Positions 58,874-64,000 of a stretch of DNA of 64,000 bases are shown here, one piece after another. Under the pieces are notes generated by a model that had not been told where the DNA came from, made no database searches, and worked only from the letters and a program-made list of their open reading frames with translations. The first letter of the stretch is position 1. The number at the start of each line of letters is the position of its first letter. The translations under genes were made by a program, and so were the position numbers. This stretch comes from Candidatus Humimicrobiia bacterium (GTDB lineage Bacteria > Actinomycetota > Humimicrobiia > JAHJRV01). The DNA is taken from contig JBARXA010000007.1 in NCBI GenBank assembly GCA_049647085.1, positions 47,060-111,059 of the forward strand. The letters run 5' to 3'.

Positions 58874-59242
58874 TTGAATCAAAAGCTATTTGAAAATTAT
58901 GAATTTATTTTCATAGTAGTATTTGTTCCATTAATCATAATAATTTTGTTTTATTTATTACAAAAATTTATTAATTTCATTTCTGGTAAATCAACCACCA
59001 CTAAATCTTCTACAAAAATGCATCCAAAAAGTTACAATTTGCAAACATTTACTATAGGCTATTTAGAACCTATTCTTATTGTGATAATACTTTTTTATGA
59101 GGTAGGTTTATTATTTTTTGGAGGTTTAATAGTATTGTCTTCACTTAATGGAAAATTTATAGCCATAGTTATGACTATTTTAATCTTATTGTTTATTTTG
59201 GGCTTAATTTTAATATATAGAATGTATAGTACAAAGTATTAA
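58874..59242 (+). CDS. Small 3-TM membrane protein, possibly a very divergent NuoA-like subunit
   Basis: 122 aa and three hydrophobic segments, in the position of nuoA directly upstream of a nuoB-like gene. Resemblance to NuoA is weak: HPKSY...ILFYEVGLLFF versus P.K..YE.G...lF.iFDvE..Fl. Confidence 0.35.
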   Translation: MNQKLFENYEFIFIVVFVPLIIIILFYLLQKFINFISGKSTTTKSSTKMHPKSYNLQTFTIGYLEPILIVIILFYEVGLLFFGGLIVLSSLNGKFIAIVMTILILLFILGLILIYRMYSTKY

Positions 59243-59321
59243 AAATGCTATTAAAATATTAAGAAGCTAAAAAATGTATTTAATATTTATAGGATAATGT
59301 GTAATAACAAAATAAAAATAT

Positions 59322-59771
59322 ATGTTAGATAAACCTAAACATTTAAGAAAAATTAAATTTCTGAATAGATTAAAAAATTGGGTGAAGTTAACATCTATAA
59401 ATGTATATTGCTTTTCATCAGGATGTTGTGGAGATGAAATTTTGGCAACTTATGGGCCCGTTTATGACCTTGAGAGATTGGGAGTAAACTTTGTCTCTTC
59501 TCCAGAAAGAGCGGATGTTCTAATGATAGCGGGAATCATCACCAAAGAAATGAAATCCACATTAGAAGATTTATATAACAGCACCGAAGATAAGAAAGTG
59601 GTAATAGCGGTTGGCTCATGTGCAATAAATGGGGGTCCTTTTTACAAAAGCGATTATATATTAAATGGAGTAAAAGAAATTTTTAATGTGGACCTTTATG
59701 TACCAGGTTGTCCACCAAGACCAGAAGCAATTATATATTCAATTTTAAGATATAAGGACAGGTTTAAATAA
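59322..59771 (+). CDS. NuoB-like [4Fe-4S] subunit (complex I / group-4 hydrogenase small-subunit family)
   Basis: 149 aa. Carries SGCCGDE (tandem Cys as in NuoB), SPERADVLMIAG, GSCAINGGPF and VPGCPPRPEAI. Confidence 0.85.
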   Translation: MLDKPKHLRKIKFLNRLKNWVKLTSINVYCFSSGCCGDEILATYGPVYDLERLGVNFVSSPERADVLMIAGIITKEMKSTLEDLYNSTEDKKVVIAVGSCAINGGPFYKSDYILNGVKEIFNVDLYVPGCPPRPEAIIYSILRYKDRFK

Positions 59772-59857
59772 CAAACCAAAAATATTAACAAAATATTGAA
59801 TTTTAAAAGAGGGTGTAAAAAATAGATACTTATAGCATATATATTGAGCCTAAATTT

Positions 59858-60904
59858 ATGCCATTTGGATTTCCCATTGGATTGAATATTGACTTAAAAG
59901 AAGATGTGGTTATTAATTTGAATCCAGATTTTGGATATTTAAGGACTGGTGTTGAAAAAATAATTGAGGGAATAGAAATTGATAAGGTTATTCCATTTAT
60001 TAATAGAGTTGATACTAGCAGTGCGATATCTGTCGAACTTGCATATTGTATTGCCTTAGAAAATTATTTCAAAATAGAGGTACCCATAAGAGCAAAATTT
60101 ATTCGGGTAATTCTCAGTGAACTTTCGAGAATATCCAGTCATATACTATTTTTAACCAAGTTAGCGAATGCATTGGGTATGAATATGCCACTTCATTATT
60201 GCTTGAGAGAAAGAGAAGAAATACTTCATCTTATAGAGGTTGCAACAGGATCGAGACTAACTCCAAATTTTGTAAGAGTTGGGGGTATAAAAAGTGATTT
60301 GAGCATGCAGTTTTTTGACAAATTAAAAGAAATGTTAAAGGGTTTTAGAAAAAAGGTTCATGAGATAAGAGTATTTTTCTTAGAGAATGAGCTGGTAGTT
60401 AATAGACTAAATAATTTGGGTATTTTAGTAAAAGAAGATGCTATTAAATTAGCTATTAGTGGTCCAAACTTAAGAGCCCTGGGGGTATCCCGGGATATTA
60501 GAAAAAATGATAATTACGAAATATATGATGAGTTAAATTTCAAAGTGCCCATTGGTGATAGAGGAGATAGTTTGGACAGATGTATGGTTAGAATAGAGGA
60601 AATAGAAAAATCTATTTCTATTATTTCGCAGGCTCTTTATAAAGTGCCAGAGGGAAAAATAAGAACATATGGTGTAGTTAATACTCATTTAACGGAAAAT
60701 ATATATAGCCATGTTGAATGTCCCCACGGTGAACTGGGTATGAATATGTCAGTAAGTGAGGGTAGAATAGCTAAATTAAGCATAAAAGGACCTTCATATA
60801 ATAACCTGTTTGCTTTTTCAAAAGCAGTTATAGGTGAAAAACTCGAGGATATTGAATTAATACTGGCAAGTTTTGATATCTGTGTGTGTGAGGTAGATAA
60901 ATGA
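59858..60904 (+). CDS. NuoD-like / [NiFe]-hydrogenase large-subunit-like protein lacking the NiFe and quinone ligands
   Basis: 348 aa. Carries GYLRTGVEK, PIRAKFIRVILSELSRISSHILFL, RVGGI, GDSLDRCMVRIEEI, ECPHGELG and C-terminal SFDICVCEVDK. It is collinear with NuoD but N-terminally short. Its stop overlaps the next start (ATGA). Confidence 0.8.
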   Translation: MPFGFPIGLNIDLKEDVVINLNPDFGYLRTGVEKIIEGIEIDKVIPFINRVDTSSAISVELAYCIALENYFKIEVPIRAKFIRVILSELSRISSHILFLTKLANALGMNMPLHYCLREREEILHLIEVATGSRLTPNFVRVGGIKSDLSMQFFDKLKEMLKGFRKKVHEIRVFFLENELVVNRLNNLGILVKEDAIKLAISGPNLRALGVSRDIRKNDNYEIYDELNFKVPIGDRGDSLDRCMVRIEEIEKSISIISQALYKVPEGKIRTYGVVNTHLTENIYSHVECPHGELGMNMSVSEGRIAKLSIKGPSYNNLFAFSKAVIGEKLEDIELILASFDICVCEVDK

Positions 60905-61854
60905 TTTTAAAAGCTTTATATTTCTTATTATTTCTATTTTTAGGACTATATATAATTATCTACCTTCATAAGAAAGCACTAGCTCATATGCAATCAAGAA
61001 GAGGACCATTACAAACTGGTTTTCATGGAACTTTACAAATATTTTCTCAAATTTTGAAATCAATTTTAAATTGGCCAAAATTATTTACCAGTTTGCAAGA
61101 TCTATCTAATAACATTGGAGTGATGATCTCACTTACATTTGCCATATTAGCCTTTCTGTTAATTCCCCTGACAGAAGATATTTTCTTAATGAATATTGAG
61201 ATGTCCCTGCCACTTTGTCTTTCTTTTATTATGATATCCAACATGGGTGCATTTCTTTCAATTAAGAAGGTTAAATTAAATACGAATAAAATGGCAGATT
61301 TATTAGATAGGATATCTACTGTTCTTATATTTAGCATTCCATTATTCATATCATCTATGGGGCCTGTAATAGTTTCGTCATCTTTTAATCTTTTTGAAAT
61401 AGTTCGAGCGCAAAGTAGATTCTATAACATCTTATACCAACCATTAAGTTTTATTGTTTTTTTATTAAGTTGTTCTTTGCTTTGGCAGAGATTACCTCTT
61501 GATGTTCCATTAAAGGATACCTACTTTAGTACTGATTATCTTTCTACTCAAACTGGATTGAATTATCTAATATCTACCATCTCTGAGTATATTAATATTA
61601 TATCCTTATTGATTCTGGGAACCCTACTTTATCTTGGTGGGTGGAATGGTCCAAAAAATTTACATCCACTGGTCTGGACTATAATAAAGACTTTTATTTT
61701 ACAAGTAATACTATTATTTTTATATACTATTATTCCCAGAATAAGAGGTTTTAGAAAAAAAATGAATTTAAGTTTAGCCATTCTTTGTTTATTATCATTT
61801 TTAAACTTATTGATTATAATATTTTTGGTTCTTTATTTGAAACCTGTTTTTTGA
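60901..61854 (+). CDS. NuoH-like membrane subunit (divergent)
   Basis: 317-aa polytopic protein. N-terminal MQSRRGPLQTG..GTLQ resembles NuoH mQ.R.GPn.vG..GllQ. The pattern R.P.D......EY.N......LYLGGW lies near the C-terminus. Confidence 0.65.
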   Translation: MILKALYFLLFLFLGLYIIIYLHKKALAHMQSRRGPLQTGFHGTLQIFSQILKSILNWPKLFTSLQDLSNNIGVMISLTFAILAFLLIPLTEDIFLMNIEMSLPLCLSFIMISNMGAFLSIKKVKLNTNKMADLLDRISTVLIFSIPLFISSMGPVIVSSSFNLFEIVRAQSRFYNILYQPLSFIVFLLSCSLLWQRLPLDVPLKDTYFSTDYLSTQTGLNYLISTISEYINIISLLILGTLLYLGGWNGPKNLHPLVWTIIKTFILQVILLFLYTIIPRIRGFRKKMNLSLAILCLLSFLNLLIIIFLVLYLKPVF

Positions 61855-61863
61855 GTTTAGCTT

Positions 61864-62286
61864 ATGAAGGGTATATTTAGAAGTTTAATAACTGTTATCA
61901 GAAATACATTTAAGAGATCTGTAACTGTTCTTTATCCACATGATAGAATAATGGTTCCTTATAATAGCAGGGGAAGCATTCAATTAATGGTGGATCCAGA
62001 TACAAGAAAGATCCTCTGTGATGGATGTGGTCAATGCGAGAAATCTTGTCCATTAAAATTGATATCTATTGAAGTAGATATCAGTAATAAAAAATTAAAA
62101 AGTTTTTATATAGATATTAGCAGATGTATGTTCTGTGGTTTTTGTGAGGAAGCATGCAAGAAAAAAGCATTGAAAATGAGTTTTAATTATGAGCTGACTG
62201 AAAAGGATTTTTCAGCTTTAAAATATGATATTGAAAAATTAACCAAACACGCGAGGCCGAAGTTAAGGAAATTCTGGAAAACTTAA
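61864..62286 (+). CDS. NuoI-like 2x[4Fe-4S] ferredoxin subunit
   Basis: 140 aa. Two cluster motifs, CDGCGQCEKSCP and CMFCGFCEEACK. The size and N-terminal (L)YP... motif fit NuoI. Confidence 0.8.
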   Translation: MKGIFRSLITVIRNTFKRSVTVLYPHDRIMVPYNSRGSIQLMVDPDTRKILCDGCGQCEKSCPLKLISIEVDISNKKLKSFYIDISRCMFCGFCEEACKKKALKMSFNYELTEKDFSALKYDIEKLTKHARPKLRKFWKT

Positions 62287-62335
62287 AAAAACTTTAAAAA
62301 ATTAAAAAATTTATTATTAGTTAAAAGGCAAATAA

Positions 62336-62824
62336 TTGGAAAACATATTATTTTATATAGTATCAATACTTATTATAATGGGTGCTTTAGGTATTGTTCT
62401 TTTTAAAAAGCATCTATTTATAGTTTTGAGTTTTTTGATCTGTGTTTTAAGCATAAGTTTTCTTTTTTTATTTTTGAAAAATTCTGTTCTCTTTTTATTT
62501 ATATATATTCCCCTTCCAGCAATAATCGCGGGTCTATTATTGGCAGGAATTGGAGAAAGGGAGAATCTAGTTTTTAATTGGAAAAGAGATTGGCCAAGAA
62601 CTTTTATAGCAATTTTTATAGCCATATTAGTATTATTAGGTCTTGTTTTTGTGATTAATAATAGTAAGTGGGAAACAACTAAAGTTGATGAATTTCAATC
62701 CACTTCTCCAGCAAAAATTGCCGAGATATTATATGTTGAACATACTACACTTCTGATAATTATATTTATTTATTTTATCAGCTTTTTTGTTGGAATATAT
62801 TTTGTTTCTAAAGATAGGAAGTAG
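62336..62824 (+). CDS. NuoJ-like membrane subunit (tentative)
   Basis: 162 aa. Three N-terminal TM helices, a loop and a C-terminal TM helix. Its position between the I-like and K-like genes fits. Motif similarity is weak. TTG start. Confidence 0.5.
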   Translation: MENILFYIVSILIIMGALGIVLFKKHLFIVLSFLICVLSISFLFLFLKNSVLFLFIYIPLPAIIAGLLLAGIGERENLVFNWKRDWPRTFIAIFIAILVLLGLVFVINNSKWETTKVDEFQSTSPAKIAEILYVEHTTLLIIIFIYFISFFVGIYFVSKDRK

Positions 62825-62827
62825 ATA

Positions 62828-63172
62828 GTGTTTTCTCTAAAAAATTATTTATATATATCCACGATTATATTCTGTTTAGGAATTTTTGGTGTCTTATTTA
62901 GAAGAAAGTTTTTATATAAGTTAATTAGTTCTTCACTAATAGCTTTATCAGCTATTATTAATTTTATTTCCTTCTCTTATTTTTTATATCCTGAAAAGAT
63001 TTTTCAACTGACTTTAATTATATTTATGATTGGCCTAATAATTATGCAGTTTGCTATAGGATTTTTTGTTTATTACCTTATTAAAAGAGAAGGGAAAGAT
63101 ATAGATCTAAAAAGGAGGGACCCCTTTTTAGAATTAAATTTAAAAATTGCTAACTTTTTTAGGAGGAAGTAA
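62828..63172 (+). CDS. NuoK-like membrane subunit (divergent; conserved Glu residues replaced)
   Basis: 114 aa with three TM helices. IIFCLGIFGVLFRRKFLY aligns with E. coli NuoK ILFVLGLTGLVIRRNLLF. GTG start. Confidence 0.55.
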   Translation: MFSLKNYLYISTIIFCLGIFGVLFRRKFLYKLISSSLIALSAIINFISFSYFLYPEKIFQLTLIIFMIGLIIMQFAIGFFVYYLIKREGKDIDLKRRDPFLELNLKIANFFRRK

Positions 63173-64000
63173 TTGTCAATTGACTTTTCTCTTATAATTC
63201 CTGAACTATTAATACTCTCTTCATTTCTTTTTGTTTTGTTACTTTTAGTTTTTAGTAGTGTGACAAAATTAAGATGGTTAAGTTATTCTTGTATTTTAGT
63301 AGTAATAGCTGCAATGGCTTTAACCTTTGTATTTAAAGACAGAATGGGAATTGTATCGGATAACTTTTTAGAGGTTAGTAAGATTTCAACCTTTTTTAGA
63401 TATTTATTTCTTTTTTCAGGGGCGAGTCTTTTAATTTCGCTAATTGTCTCTAAAGTAGAAAAACCTGGTATTTATGCTTTAATTCTAATTTCAATATTTG
63501 GTGCGATGTCACTTGGACTTAGTTCAAATCTATTATCACTACTAATGTTTTTAGAAATTGTTACAGTCTCGTCTTATTTTATCCCTACTTTAAAATTTGA
63601 GAAAATTGACTGGCTCTCATATCTGAGATATGTCATTTTTGGGATAATTTCAACCTTTTTATTTATATATTTGTTTTCCTTTATATATGGAATATCGGGA
63701 TCTCTTTCTTTAAATGTTAATTTTACAAACATTGATATTAATAAAGTAAATATTTTATTAATCATAGTGCATATAGTTATAATGGTAATAATGTCAATTA
63801 GATTGTCCCTATTCCCATTTCATATTTTGTTTCCCTCTCTTGCTAAAGATAGTGGTTTTTTTACAACACTTTTTTTCTCAATTCTTGTTATTCCTGTAAA
63901 TTTCCTGGCTCTTAAGAAGATATTAAATATAGCTGGTCATTTGGATAATACACCTCTTTTTGATAATTTTCTTGTAATTTTAATTCTCGTTTTCATAACA
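63173..64000 (+). CDS. NuoL/M/N-family antiporter-like subunit, 5' part (continues beyond the window); not in the supplied ORF track
   Basis: A TTG at 63173 lies 5 nt after AGGAGGA, and the frame stays open for 276 codons to the window end. Translation: LSIDFSLIIPELLILSS...LLSLLMFLEIVTVSSYF...IRLSLFPFHILFPS.... This matches the NuoN-type l.lflglE..sl and K...PFH.W.P patterns. Confidence 0.6.
   Translation, partial: MSIDFSLIIPELLILSSFLFVLLLLVFSSVTKLRWLSYSCILVVIAAMALTFVFKDRMGIVSDNFLEVSKISTFFRYLFLFSGASLLISLIVSKVEKPGIYALILISIFGAMSLGLSSNLLSLLMFLEIVTVSSYFIPTLKFEKIDWLSYLRYVIFGIISTFLFIYLFSFIYGISGSLSLNVNFTNIDINKVNILLIIVHIVIMVIMSIRLSLFPFHILFPSLAKDSGFFTTLFFSILVIPVNFLALKKILNIAGHLDNTPLFDNFLVILILVFIT

Noticed and set aside
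63574-63765. 63-aa minus-strand ORF near the window end
   Set aside because: It lies antisense to a 276-codon open plus-strand frame (63173-64000) that has NuoN-like motifs and a strong RBS. It is a shadow ORF.

Overview
This is a 64-kb window of visibly AT-rich bacterial DNA. Typical coding lines hand-count at about 33-35% GC, and intergenic DNA is much lower. The gene content points to a strict anaerobe, probably from an uncultivated lineage; that placement is inference only. I saw no rRNA, tRNA or CRISPR array. Gene order from left to right:
(1) [NiFe]-hydrogenase maturation genes: hypF 3' end, hypC, hypD, hypE.
(2) Housekeeping genes: a HAD-like protein, a PPC/DUF296 protein and rarA.
(3) A decayed ISNCY-type transposase scar.
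(4) A co-directional locus of about 15 kb built around an orphan glycyl-radical enzyme (GRE) of the single-Cys GCVE eliminase class. It also encodes a SIS protein, a PfkB kinase, a BMP-family ABC importer, a phosphotriesterase-homology hydrolase, an SDR, a Gfo/Idh/MocA oxidoreductase, the GRE activase and a SorC regulator. A fused E1 alpha-beta TPP enzyme follows.
(5) A pseudogene zone and a GC-rich radical SAM islet.
(6) mnmA with an N-terminal extension, and a MoxR-DUF58-transglutaminase operon.
(7) A divergent Fpg-like gene, an M1 peptidase, an HD protein, pspC-domain, corA and panE-like genes.
(8) Two DedA genes, uppP and creD.
(9) A sugar nucleotidyltransferase, a P-type Ca-ATPase, eno, a cysteine desulfurase, nrdR and a nucleoside phosphorylase.
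(10) cooS-acsB (Ni-CODH/acetyl-CoA synthase), followed directly by a highly divergent complex-I-like membrane module (NuoA?-B-D-H-I-J-K-N-like). The module has no NuoC/E/F/G. Its NuoD-like subunit has neither the NiFe cysteines nor the quinone ligands.
The two most interesting candidates are the GRE locus and the CODH/ACS-linked degenerate complex-I-like module. A dispersed GTCATTGCGAGC-type repeat family occupies three intergenic regions. All family calls come from by-eye motif recognition on the supplied translations; no database search was run.
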